A DNA stretch of 64,000 nt, from contig OZ176052.1 of NCBI GenBank assembly GCA_964247055.1, positions 5,828,001 through 5,892,000 on the forward strand, in the 5' to 3' direction. How positions within the stretch are numbered: the stretch's first letter is position 1; each line of letters opens with the position of its first letter. A program made the translations under genes and the position numbers. Shown here one piece after another: positions 26,441-40,134 of the stretch. The notes beneath the pieces were generated by a model. It saw only the letters and a list, made by a program, of their open reading frames with translations. It was not told where the DNA came from and made no database searches. The stretch is from Paragordius varius. Lineage: Eukaryota > Animalia > Nematomorpha.

Positions 26441-29400
26441 TAATTTGATTATTACCATTATTTTTTATTCATTATTCAGGAAATGTAACCTGTGTATGCA
26501 TGATTTACTTTAAACATAAAAATGTTTTATAGTCAAAAAATATTGTCACCTTTCTTCTCTTGTCTTTCAAATGGACATATTAATGGATTTTAATCTTGAC
26601 TTTTGATTTTCAAAGAACATATATTTTTTTTCGAAAACTACTTTCAATCTTAAAATCAAAATATAAATGGAATGATTGATGTTAATATATTGGTATCCAT
26701 ATTTTCAACATTCCTTTATATATATATATATATATAATTTTAATTCGGGTAAAACAGTTTTCCACCACATTGAAATTTATCTATCTATCTATCTATCTAG
26801 GTAGGTAGCACACGGAAAACATTTAAAAGCTTTCCTTATAATTTTGTTCAAAATATGTATGTGATCGTATGTGTAAATATATTAAACACAAATTACCCTA
26901 TTAGTGTGTTGTTGAAGTGTCTTTTGAATTCATTTCCAAAAAATGAACTGAAATGTAAAAATTACAAACTCTGTTTCCGATGTGATTTATACCACACACC
27001 AAAGCATTTTTTATCACCTAATCAATCATTAATTATCATTTTTTAGGGTTAACATTCGATTAAAAACACAAACAACTTTTTGAAAGAGGTCATTTTTTAA
27101 ACTTGACCAATTATCACTTATTATATATAAATAATAATCACACAATCCGCCTGAACCGATATTAATTAACTAATTTTGTAGCAAGTAGTTGGTATTTGTC
27201 GTATAACAAAAATAATGTATTGAATAAAGCTGTGTTTGCTAATACTTATGGGGTTAATTACTTATTATTTGTTTCGGAATGAGCCTTTAACCAGGCATTT
27301 TGGCATGAGCCGGCACTAAATAATATTACATGGAAATGACTCAATTATTAACCCAAATTTTGTATTTTTTTAGCAAATATTCTAATTTACTATTATTTTT
27401 TGATGCTAAAAATTTCTTTTTAAGGTTGATACCCCCCTCCCCCCAAATGTGACATGACCTTAATTTTTTGTCGAATACAAAAAATTTGAAACCAACATAA
27501 TTTTTATTTAGACTGTGAAAATAATTTTATCCAAATAACATTGGGGTATTTTATTTTTATTACACATTTTTTCATTTTTAGGACTTAATATAATATAGAA
27601 AAATAAAAATTCAGATAAATTTCTTTAGACTTGATAATACCTATAAACACTTGTAAAGATTCATAACAAAAAAATAATAATTTAAGAGATGGCTAAATTG
27701 AATTTATAAATATTAATTAGATGGTTGAGTGTATGTCATGATAATTATAAATTAATAAAACTGGTTAAGCTGCTGCGCAGTTGTAATTAAAGGAGGGAAG
27801 GATTTTTGTCAATTTTTCGAGTTATAGAATATTAATTTTTTACACAAATGTCCCCTTATTATTTATAAGATTTTTTGTGTTTTTGGTTTTTATCAAATTA
27901 ATATTTATATAACAGTGGTATAACTTTAAGGAGGAGATATAATTTTATTTTATTGATATTTTACAAAATTATTTCTAGCGTACTTGTAGTAAGTATACTG
28001 TTAATTTTAAATTGTTTTAAATTCATATTCTCTCGGTACATTTTGTAATTCAATACAGTTTTGAGATTTTAGGTTATCACACTATGCCAATGCACACAAG
28101 AAATTTAATATAGTTTTAAAAAAAATTTTTTTTAGAATATATAAATACCACTCACTATATTCATATAAGCATAAATATAAATTATTAATTTACCAATAGT
28201 ATTGGAGAATTTTAAAAATTTTACGAATTTATTTTTAGGGAAAAAACGCAAAAATAATTGTTTAATTAAACAGCTCTTGAAATGAAATCCATTGTAGCCA
28301 GAATTTTAATTCTGCAAATGTTTAAAAATGAAAAAATTACAGAATAAAATTTTTAACTGATGACCACCATGTATGACATAATTTAACATACGCTGCTATT
28401 TGTCAAACTATTGTAAGATCATGTTTTTTAAGGTTAAAAAGGGAGCTTATGTTTAAAACATACGAGCAATTATAAAATTATATTAATTATATGATTTGAA
28501 ATTGGTCACAACAAAAATTTTAACATATACTTAATTTTTGCATATGGATTATCATTCATGGAAGAGCAGTGTTGTTGGTTATAAAGGGGGGGACATTTTA
28601 TTTGAAGAATGGTAAATATGATTACATAGATAAAATTATTTCTCTATACACCAATAAAACAAACCTTATAACCAAAAATATTTCTTTTACAAAGGATATT
28701 TTTGTGTTTTAGGAGACGTATAGCGTGTTAAACCTCTATTTTGGTATATTGTGAATATCTTTCTTTAGTCCTGTACACATGGTTAATGTTTAAATTAAAA
28801 TGAAAAAATAATTTTTTAATCACAGACTCACTAATTTTTATAACTCATATTAACAAATGAAGTTTAGAAAAAGTACTGACATTTTTGATGGTGATGACCA
28901 CAGTGTAATTATATCCAATTTTTTATAAAATTTCGGTATGGCGCACAATCTGATTTTAATTTTAATTTCTTTGGAATAAAATCCAATATAATACAATTTA
29001 GGATTGTTTTTTTGCAAAATAGTTATGGTTGAATATAATGTGGATAGTTGTTTAAATGTAGGACAACTGATGTGATTTACAATTTCTCAAAATTAAAGAT
29101 TGAAACAAACATGTCTAACTGTAATATTCCAATCAAATTTTGCGCATATAATTTATATTTATACTTTTATATATAATAGATCTAACATTACTGTTAAACT
29201 TTAACTCAAAGAATTAACAAAAATATTCTTTTGCATGCTACATTTATGGATACATATATTTGTGCGCTACAGAGATATTCCAACAACTCTATATAAACCG
29301 ACAATTAAAAGATAATTTTGATTGATACATTCCACAATTTTTCGCCCCTGTGACATTAAATAAAATGATAAATTTTGCTGCCAGAAGCTACAATAAACCT

Positions 29401-32400
29401 GTATTTTAACACTTTTATTTCAGGGCACTTAAAATTATATGGCAAAAAATTGTCGCTAGAAAGCTGATATTATTGTCTCTATGCATTTCCAATTTGTTTA
29501 TAATATATCAACGACATCATCCCTAAATATATCCGGCACACTATTTTTCCACTTGCGAACGCGGAATTTCCTAATCACCAAAATAAGTTTAATTAAAAAC
29601 TAAAATAAACTTTTCTATATGCTACGCAGCAAAAGTTTGTGTGGAGAAATTTAACAGTAAAAATTGAATAAACTAAAACGCTTAAATGGATCATAACCCA
29701 ATTCTCTCCTTTTACAATTTAAATATATATATACATTAATCTTAATTATTAAGAGTTAGAGTTTTATACATTTATTAGTAGTTTCGATATTTAAAATAAT
29801 ATATACATATATAAAAAATCAATTTTTTGCGCTAAATCTAGTTTATAGTTAGTTAAGTTTACAGTTAGTTAATTTTCTCTGTTTAATATATATGCATTTA
29901 TTTTTTCCTTCCCCCCATTTATTTTTTCAGTTTTTTTCGCATTTTAATAATTTTTTAATTACTATTTTAATATAATATAAAATATATATATTGGTTGGTG
30001 TGTAATTTATATTTTTGTGCCATATATTTTCAGTTAACTGCTAACTAGCTAAATTATTAAAACGCTCTAATTTTTTTGGTTATCTGCACTACACTTTTTA
30101 CCCTAAATTTTTTTAAAATTGATTAATAAATTAATAGATAAATAAATATTTAATCAATAATATATATAAATATAATTAATGAAAATAAAATTAATTTTTT
30201 TTCAACCACACATCACGAAAATTAATTTTTTTTAATTTTTATTTTTTTTTAAAAAAAAACGTTTTCCCACAGATTTTTAATATGTTTTGTGTGTGTTCTG
30301 TGCTGTTCTAGCTGCTTTAAAAAACCTATTTTTCCTCGTTTTCCATGAATATTAATAAGTAGAGAAAAGTGAATGAAAAAATTGAAATTTAATAATAATG
30401 GAATAGAATAAAATAAAATTAAATGAAAATTGAAAAATAAAATAAAATCATATAACAATATTATAAAGTGGAATATAAATGAGCACACAAAATAATTTAT
30501 TGATTGATTTTTCCCCGCGTTTTTTTGTGCATAACAAAATATATATATTACACTAAAACTAAGCTAATAAAAATTTAATATTTTATATTTCAAAAAAATT
30601 AACTTCAAAAAGAAAGCCGCGCAAAATTTGCATATGAATTCTTATAATAACCGATTTGTAATCAATTTTTATTTAAACAGTAAAAACGGAAAATTTTTGA
30701 ATTTCAACCGAATCAATAATAATTTGGATATCGAATCAAACATATATTAAAAAATAAAATTGATACATCATACCTAACTGAAATTATGTTTTTTTTTCAT
30801 TTTTAAAGCGGCAAATAAGTTTAAATTGTATTTTTTCACAATCAATAAAATATATATTTATTGATTTTAATTATTATTATTAATAAGATTCTGGGGGAAA
30901 TAAAAAAATATATAAAAAATCAATTTTGCCAAAATTTAAATTTAAATTAAAAATATTTTGGAAAGGATTTTAATTTTTTTGCAGTGATCACACAACAACA
31001 CAATATAACAAGATAACAAAATGATTATTTAAATTTTTGTGCATTTGTTTCCTATGTTTATATAATTAGTATGTAAAATTTATTTTTAAAATTTAAACAA
31101 AAATTATTTATTTTATTTATCTATCGTTAAACAATTAATAATAAAATTAATAATATTTATCATCAACACAAATAAAAAATTAATTAAAATTGGCCGGCTC
31201 ACACTCTCACATTATTTTACATCTATCATATTCTTATTTTGTCTCAACTATTCTAATTTAATTTGGATTTGGATATTCCAAATGAAAACGCCACAAATAC
31301 CCTAAAATTATTTTATATCACCCATAATTTATCAAATCCAATGAAACTTAAATTTTCAAGAAATCAATTACTTTATTGACAATAATAATGATAATACCAA
31401 TCTGTTTAATATATAATTGCTATGTAACGACTTGCGATTCTCTCAACATCCAATCTATGTATTAACCATGAGTGTTAAATTATATTATGAATTCCACTTT
31501 TTTTAATTATCTCTTCAAAATTATCCATTTTTTCCTGTCTCATTCGAGTGAAAAAGTCTTAATCTAATAATCGCATAATATCTTTATTTTATACATGTTA
31601 CCACGCAAAATCAAAAATCGCGCAATTTATTTAATAAGACCCATTATCATATAATCAAATTTTTTAGTGGTTGTTTCAAATGGATAAATATGTATTTTGT
31701 TGGATGTAATAAAAAAATTGTCAAAAACCACAAAATTATCATCATGGCATCCATTACAAAAATTTGATATTTTCCAACCATACTTACACGTACAGGAAAC
31801 TAAAGGATTTGAAATATTGACAGTTATTTGTGGAATATCAAGCATTTTTCTGTAGTATTTCAATTAAGTTACCTGTATATTTTACAAAAAGGTTATTTTT
31901 TCACATTGCAACATTATCGCAATTGTCAAGTTTTTGTCGCGTATTTATAATTTTTTCGAGGTATACAGAAAAAAATTATAAAATCGGAATCCCAACATTA
32001 AAAATTTTGTTAGAGAGAATACTAAATATGCGTTCTAATGTGTACACAAATTTTTTGGATTAATTCTATATGTTCAGCTAATTTAAACAATTCCAATATC
32101 ATTAATTCTTTTCTCGTTATTTAAGCGAAGCGATTTTTTTCACTAAAATAAATAATTACCATATATAAAAGTATGGCAGTTGTGAAACAAAAAAATCATT
32201 TAATAACTTTTTAACTCAAAAGTTTTCATACTAAAAATCGGAAAATTTTACGCATCCATACATAATTATTTCCATTATTAAGTTTGGAATGATTTCGTGC
32301 GCAATATAAACACAATTCTAATTTAACAAAAACTTTAAATTGATCGACATGGATTTTTCACATTTGACAAAAAATTTTAAGTGTATAATAATATTCTTAT

Positions 32401-32682
32401 ACTTTCAACATTCCACAGTCATAAAATTATTTAAAAAACATTTTTTGTGCCAAGAAAATAAATATAAACTAAAATTTTGGTTTGTCATCCAAAAATCGCG
32501 CGGTATCATAAATTAATTAAAATCCCTATCCCTATGGATGAACGAATCGAATTCAATGTCGCGCCCTTTGGGAACAAACTTTCGGCAATAAAACAACCTG
32601 AACTGCATCTTCAATTAATTTTGTCAATTACTATAAACATCCGCCCTTAAGTATCAATCAATTAATTATTAATTAATGTTTT

Positions 32683-34669
32683 ATGTATGAATCTACACCT
32701 TTAAACAATTACAACACCTTGATACCACCTACCCAAGCAGTACACAACAATTCGACAACAAACTTTGCTCAAGAAACCAAGTTTTCGTTCTTTAATAATC
32801 ATAACCCTAAACAAACGACATCAACTATGGTGAAAAATCATTCACCTCAAAACGATTCAAACGGTTTGGGAAATTTACCAATTAATAACAATAATAATAA
32901 TAATATCAGCTCTAATGGGTTAGATATTTTAAACGGACAAAATCAAAATTCAACTACAGCGGCGTTGACATTAAATGGGGATTGTTGTAGCAATAGAGAT
33001 GATTCGTGTATAATCAAAACAAACAATCTAGGTGGTGGCACATGTAATTCCTTAGCTAATGGTATGATAGTTGTTGGGTATGGCAGCAAAAAACGAAAAC
33101 AACCGGCCCCCAGTAAAATTAATAATAGCAATCTACCCGCAAATATGACGACTAATGATCAAAACAATTCAGTTTCAATCTCGGCTAAAGAGACCACCAA
33201 TAAAATGGAAGATTGTTCTGATAGTTCATTATCCTATTCTCATTCTTTAGCTATGAAAAAACGGTGCGAAAATGGAGTAGCAAATGAAAAAAGTATCACT
33301 AAAACTAATCATTGCGATGATGGTAAAGTTAATGTTGATTTTGACGTCGTCGTGACACGGCCCAACGCACACACGAATCATAGTGTTAACATTTGTGACA
33401 TAAAAAATATACCTGATACCGTACGTCACTCCCCAAATACCTATGCTAACAAATTAAATGGAAATGGCTCAGTAGTACATTTGCTAAATCAAACTAAAGA
33501 AATTGATCATACAATGGCCCCTGAAATATTCATCTCATGTAACAATGATCAAATCTCACTACTTTCTAATCCAACGGAATCTAAGAATCCTTCTAATGGC
33601 ACAAAAAGTACAGCTAATTACCCCGACAAAAATTCCTCTTCCACATCAATGTTAAATAATAGTGTTTCTGCCTTGGCCTCCGTGCTAAATATGTTTTCTG
33701 ATGCTGCAGCCCTCAAAGACATGGGTAAGAACCAAAAAATGATGAAAGATTACACATTCTTTAACACTACATTATCTCACCCTTTGGCTGCCACACAAGT
33801 CGACGAAATTAACCCTAATAATTGCACTGATGATAACAATAATAGTCAAGTTTTACAAGGCAATACTAATGCTGGTGGTAATAAGAGTGCCAATCATGAC
33901 CAACAAAACAAAAATGATGATATTTTTACGTTATATACCAATAAAAATAGCAATGGAGCGACAAACACGACAAACGCAACTGCTGCGTTTATGTTACAAA
34001 ATAATTTGATGAGTAACACCATGTTAGCCACCATGCACAATTTTATGCAAGCCAACAACCCTCATAACGGATTCGGAAGTTATAACAATAAAATCCAATT
34101 GCCGTTCGTTCAAAACTCAAGCTCGTTAGGATCTCAAGATGGGCCTAACCCCTTGTTAAATGGTTTGGCTAACAGTTGTGTTGTTAGTGCAATGGGTGGA
34201 TCATCGTCAACGAGTATTGGGCCACCGCCATCACGTATCTTTAACCCTGAAGCATTTTGTGAATTGTGTAACAAAGAATTTTGCAACAAATATTTCCTTA
34301 AAACGCATAAAGCCAACAAACATGGTGTGTTTGATATAGCGTCCCTCAACAATTATTATGCTAATAATATGGCATTGTTTGCCCCACAGTTTGGTTTGGA
34401 GGGATTACTGCTAAGCCCGACACAAACGCAACCATCTACCCAAAGTAATATTGATTATATGGATAATAATTTGAACAACATTCATGCTTCAACAAAAAAT
34501 TCTACAAATGAATCTAATTTACCAGTAATAGAGTCTAACGATTGTAATGATAATAAAAAAACAATAAACGATAATACCGCAGTAACCGAAAGCGAAAACG
34601 CGGAATCGAAACCTTCTTGTTCGCCACAAAGTAGCGTTGCTAAAGAAAAACAGATTGATCCAGTTAACG
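32683..34669 (+). CDS. Multi-C2H2 zinc-finger protein, exon 1 of 3 (finger 1 at 34255-34326)
   Basis: Long ORF from the first ATG after an in-frame TAA (32674-32676); finger FCELCNKEFCNKYFLKTHKANKHG; phase-1 donor G|GTATTG at 34670. An upstream coding exon cannot be fully excluded. Confidence 0.85.
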
Positions 34670-34758
34670 GTATTGATTTTTATAAAATTAATTTTTCAGT
34701 AACCCATATATATATTCATAATTTACTAACTAATTATTTAATTTTTTAAATGATATAG
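34670..34758 (+). other. Intron 1 (89 nt, phase 1)
   Basis: GT...AG; perfect TACTAAC branch site at 34724-34730; splicing gives G+CT = Ala and joins the two long ORFs in frame. Confidence 0.85.
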
Positions 34759-37563
34759 CTATCTCAGAAATCACTCGGGCAAGTAAGCCCCAAAGCAATT
34801 TACCTACAACAGATTTGGTCCCATGTCTTAATTCACAAAAAGTTGAAAGAAACGATGATATGACAGAAATGTTGGAAAGAAATGAAAAATCCATCATGAA
34901 TACCACTACACATTCAACAACAAATACGGTTACCGTTATAAAAACCCACAAATCAAACCCAACCGAACATTCCACAACCAAAAATGTTAATTCGTATGAA
35001 AAAACGAATAATGTTAAAAGTGATTATGAAATCAACGCTAATATAACAAACATTGCATACGCTTTGTCACAACCAAATACTTCTTTTTCTAAGACGGATG
35101 ATTTTGAGCCAAACAAAACCTTCTTTTTGGATAATAAGAAACGAGATTTAGTAATGTCATCCGCCACCATAGATCAATATAAACCAAATCTCGAGGCAAA
35201 TTTGGGGTTGGAAAAAATGATTGCATCTTTCACTTCAAATAAAGGTTTTACATCCGGTGGTATTAACGTTATTAAAAATCGAGAAATGGATGCCTTTTCA
35301 TCAAGCAAAAACTCTGCTGCATCACATTTGAAAGCTCATACAGACAAAGAGAATTTGTTGTCAAAAGATATGAATGATAATTCTATTCAGACACCTTTTA
35401 CAACCGCTATAAAAAACGACAATGATGTCAATATTGATAATGATAAAAGCAACGGCACTTTTGCCACAGATTATTTCAGGGATCTCCAAATATCTACCAC
35501 CACCACCACCACCACAAAACACGGAGTTTATAATGATAATTGTATTGATTTTGTAAATTTTAAGTCATTGACGGCAGAAAATCTACAACGAAATGTGTCT
35601 CAACACCACTCACAAATGAACCATGATACTCTTGGTAAAAATTGTGACCGAAACCATAGCAATAATAATTTTACTAATGTAAATGACCAGTATTCAAAAG
35701 TTGGTGGTAATTCACCCTCCCTTACATCGACTAGCGGGGTAGCATCAGGGACTAAGGATCAGCCGGGTGGTGAATCATATTGTACGCTTTGTAAGAAAGA
35801 GTTTTGCAATAAATATTTCTTGAAGAAGCATAAACGAAATATTCATGGTATCATGGCTCCATCCATTACTACGCCGCCAATTACAACTGGCTCTTCTTTA
35901 ACAGCCTGTACAACCCCTAATAATAATAACCATATGATTTATAATAATATAGATAAAAATAGTAAGCAGCACTCTCAACCAATGAGTTCTGGGCATCGAT
36001 CATACAATAATCGCTACGAATTGGGGGAAATACCACAAAACAATTCCCTTAATCAACAATGTTCACCGCTGTTTGTGGACAAGAATTTTTTGGCTGAATT
36101 AGGGCGGGAAAGTAGCGATAATTATAATAGGACGTATTCCAATCGCACAAACAATAATTATACTCATCTCTTGAATGATATGATGGGACGGGGCTTAAAA
36201 AATGATGATTTTTCGGTATCTAGTACACATAATTTGGCCAATAGCAATAATTTATCATGTTCCAAATGTGATAAAACATTTTCCAATAGTCATTTTCTGC
36301 GTTCTCACTTACATAATGTCCATGGCGAGCCTATATCGGAATACTTTGCTTCATCAACCCTTTCAAATAACACACACAACAACCCTACAATGATTGGTAA
36401 TTGTGAAGAGTTAGGGAGTAAAACTGTTAACATTCATAAATTGTCTCGAAACGTAGAGGACGATATAGAATTGACCCACAATAATATTCACAACAAGAGT
36501 GATTCACAGTCATCATACAAAGCCCTTAGAATTTCGGAAAACACCAACAAGAAAAAAGATTTCATGGTTTCCGAAGAACTTAATTGGGCGGCCCTGAGTC
36601 AGGCCTATAATACGGATATGGAGTTTTTGTGCAAAAATTACCAAATTAAAAACCAAAATAGCCAAAAAAACTACGGTAACAGAAATAATGAATCAGACAA
36701 ATCCGACAAAGCTTCTGATTGTAGTGGAGGTGCCCTGGAATCAAACAGGTGGATAGAAAATTCCTCTAAAACAAGTATTAATAATGACGTAATGCATACC
36801 AAAAATAATTTGGGGACTGATGTCCGAAACCTAATTTCTTCATCCTCGGGTAAAAGCCGGTTTCCCGACACCATTTCAAGCAACTACACACAATCGCCGA
36901 TGGATAAGGTTATTAACGGATATACTTGTCCCTCCTCCTCTCTACCTTATTACAATAATAATACTGCCGGGACAGGCGCGAACAATAATGTCAGCCAGGG
37001 TAGTCTCAGCAGTAGTTTTTGCCAAATTTGTCAAAAGGAGTTGTGTAACAAATACTTCCTCAAAACGCACATGATTAAAATGCATGGGATAACACTGGAT
37101 GAAGCTAAACGCTTGTTACGGAAAGGTTACCCCCTACTACCCCAAGAAAATGTTTTAACACCATCCCTTCAGTCTGGGACAAATGTGTTGCCACGTATAT
37201 ATAAAAATGACTATGAAGATCTTGAAATGAATAACCTTTCTACAAATCAAAATGTTAAAAGAGAAAATTTCTCACCTACTAATACATCATTGACACGGGG
37301 ACCCAAAGCTAATCACAGCACAAAATTATTTGGTCATTCTACACAAAAAACTGCGTTGTCTCCAGACAATGTTGGTATGCGACATACTACGAATCATAAG
37401 AATATGGTTCAAGATTCATCGATGTTAGGTCCTAGTAACATTCCTTTTCCCACTTGGATTCATGCATTTTATGCCAACCATTTTGGGTACCCTACTTCGA
37501 CTACGGCGTCGACGACCCCCAATAAAAAATCAATGTATGATGATTCTATCGAATTGAATATAG
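34759..37563 (+). CDS. Multi-C2H2 zinc-finger protein, exon 2 of 3 (fingers at 35778-35849, 36255-36326, 37017-37088)
   Basis: Open frame containing YCTLCKKEFCNKYFLKKHKRNIHG, SCSKCDKTFSNSHFLRSHLHNVHG and FCQICQKELCNKYFLKTHMIKMHG; phase-1 donor G|GTATGT at 37564. Confidence 0.9.
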
Positions 37564-38152
37564 GTATGTTTATGATGTATTAATTACATTTAAGAAGTTT
37601 AAATTTTTATTATTTTGTATTTGATATAGTTTTTTATTTAATTTATTATATATTATATCTTTTTAAATAAAAATCTTGTTACAACTTAAATCATTTTTAA
37701 CATTGGAATAAGTTTTACAGCTAAATTATAAATTTTTTATTTTTTAGCTACAAATTAAATGTCTTTTATAAATGTTTGGCAGTTATGAAATAGTGTTTTG
37801 CGACATTGACGCATTTATTACGAGGTTTAACAACTAACCTTTGGGTCAATATTAAAAATAAATATTCGCTATTTTACGTCATTTTTGACAATTTTATAGC
37901 ATTATTAGATAAAATTGTCAGCCATCAATTAAATTTATGTCAGGTTTAATGTTTATTTAGTTGGATGGTAAGGCATAATTAGCTCTATTTTTTCAAGGTG
38001 AAAATTACGTAACTATATTAAAAATATAGTATAGATCATATTGAAGTTATTAGATGGATGAATTAGAAAATGTTTTAAGTTTATAAATATTTTGGATTAC
38101 TGTTAATTTTGGCGTAAATTACATAAATTATATATTTTCCCTCCTCAATTAG
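37564..38152 (+). other. Intron 2 (589 nt, phase 1)
   Basis: GTATGT donor; pyrimidine tract TTTTCCCTCCTCAATTAG acceptor; splicing gives G+AT = Asp in frame with the supplied ORF 38155-40134. Confidence 0.85.
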
Positions 38153-40134
38153 ATGTGCCAAGCATGGTTGATGGAAAAAATCGTATTAAATCTCTTTCCC
38201 CAACTAATACCAATGTAAAAAATCTCGTTGAAAAGGAAGATGGTTTTAGCTCTAAGGATGATTTTTCCTTTGTAGATAATATGGATCAAAGTTTCCATTC
38301 CAATCGTGATTTAATGCTTAGTCTCCGACAACATAAAATGAAAAACAATAAAACGAGTTATCAGACCCCCCTACCAGCTCCACCATATCTTTCGAACCCT
38401 TATCTCAATCAATACCTTTTGGCATCTCTTTACTATGGTCAACATCAGAATCTACAACCACATGTTGCAAATTTGCAAGCTCATAATGTTGTACCCATGA
38501 TAAAACATGGTAGGGACGATACTGATAGGTTAAGCACCACTTCTTCACAAGATAACACTGAGACACAGAACAAACGCCTAAAGTCGCATAATAATGCTTC
38601 TGCTTCCAATCACATTATGCTTGGAAAAGAAAGTTTTGAAACAAACGGAGGAACTAAACCTACGAATAATAAACGTATAACCGCTTGCCCTATGTGTGGA
38701 CTTTTGATAGATGGAATCGAACAGTTACTAGAACACTTTGATACAGATCATGAGGACGATCTTGAAGCGGCACCCAACATGATGTTTTACAAGACACAAT
38801 TGCATCAATTGTTGGGGAATGGTAATTTGCCACCTAAATTTTGCGACAACGACTCTTTCATTAAAGAACCTCTCCAAAACAATGGGGCGGTTAAACGATC
38901 TTCGCCTGAAACCAAAAATATTCATAATATTAAAAATACTAATGAAGACAAGAGTGGACAAAATACCAATCAAAAAAAGATGAAAAGCGATCCAATTAGT
39001 AGAAATCAAGTTGGAATGTGTAATAATGTTGCTAATCCTAAACCTTTATCCAGCGGTCAATATAAATGCTGGAAATGTCGTAAGTCTTTTATCTTTAAGG
39101 ACTCTTTACTTAAACACATCAAATCGCATCGTTTCGAGTTTCGGGGAAAATTTTCCCGTTTACGAAACAATCTGAGTTATAACATGAATTCTCATCCACC
39201 AAATATACATATGCAAAGTAAAAATGGTATTTCAACTAATAAGTTATTGCTTGACAATACAAATGTAAAAGATTGCGCCTTGGTAACATCTGACCAGAAT
39301 CCTGCTATGCCTAATGCTTTGGATACTAAAACCACCATACCAAAAATGGAAAAGAGTGTGATTGAAGCGGGAAACCCAGAACTGTCCTCTATATTGCAAG
39401 GGAGTCGCATAGCACACCCTCCCCAATCTCCAAAAGATGTCAAATCTACAAAAAATACTGTGTCCCAGCCCTCCACCAAACATGGTGCAGCGATAGGAGA
39501 AAAACAACTTTTTATTACACGTGCCATTCCACTTGATGATCACAAGATTGATTCCAAAATCATTACTAGGCCATGTTTAAATGAATGTGTGGAAGATTCA
39601 AATAGCACCCTGGCTAATTCCGCAGTCAGTAAGGATTATGTGATGCAGCCGTTTATACTCAGAACACCTACAACAGTTATAACGAATTCGGATTCGGAAA
39701 CTCATACCTCCTTATTAATACATGAAAACAATGAGAGTTGTGGCAAAGTATCCCCTAAAATGGATGCATTCAGCCAGTCTAGCTTAATTAATGGAGGATT
39801 GGGTTGTCAAACAAATTCTACTGTTAAGCTAAGCCCTAAGGCTACAAATGTTCCAAATTTTAATTCAAAGTCTGACGAACCAGATTATCATCAAGATCAA
39901 GATGTAATTAATGAACAAAATGGTAGGACAAATAATGTTGCAAAACACCCAGTCATATTACCAGCTCTAATCTATCTCCCGGTTGTGAAAGAGAGGAAAA
40001 ACGATAATTTTTCTCTTGATATGCCCACCACCCTTAAAAACAAAAACAATAATATTAACATTAGTAGCAATATTAACCAACCTATGCTAGTCACACTTGA
40101 ACCATACTCAGAAAATCAATCATCGAATATTTGA
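38153..40134 (+). CDS. Multi-C2H2 zinc-finger protein, exon 3 of 3 (fingers at 38683-38751, 39061-39129; stop at 40132-40134)
   Basis: Open frame with ACPMCGLLIDGIEQLLEHFDTDH and YKCWKCRKSFIFKDSLLKHIKSH. Exon lengths 1987+2805+1982 = 6774 nt = 2257 aa plus stop. Confidence 0.88.

Noticed and set aside
31627-31863. KYGWK ... VFDNFF resembling piggyBac transposase motifs
   Set aside because: Spacing is far too short and the surrounding frames are not protein-like.
32943-39543. Several antisense and alternate-frame short ORFs inside the zinc-finger gene (e.g. 34134-34352, 36202-36393, 38728-39009, 39192-39527)
   Set aside because: They are expected shadows of a long, less AT-rich coding sequence and carry no independent motifs or splice support.
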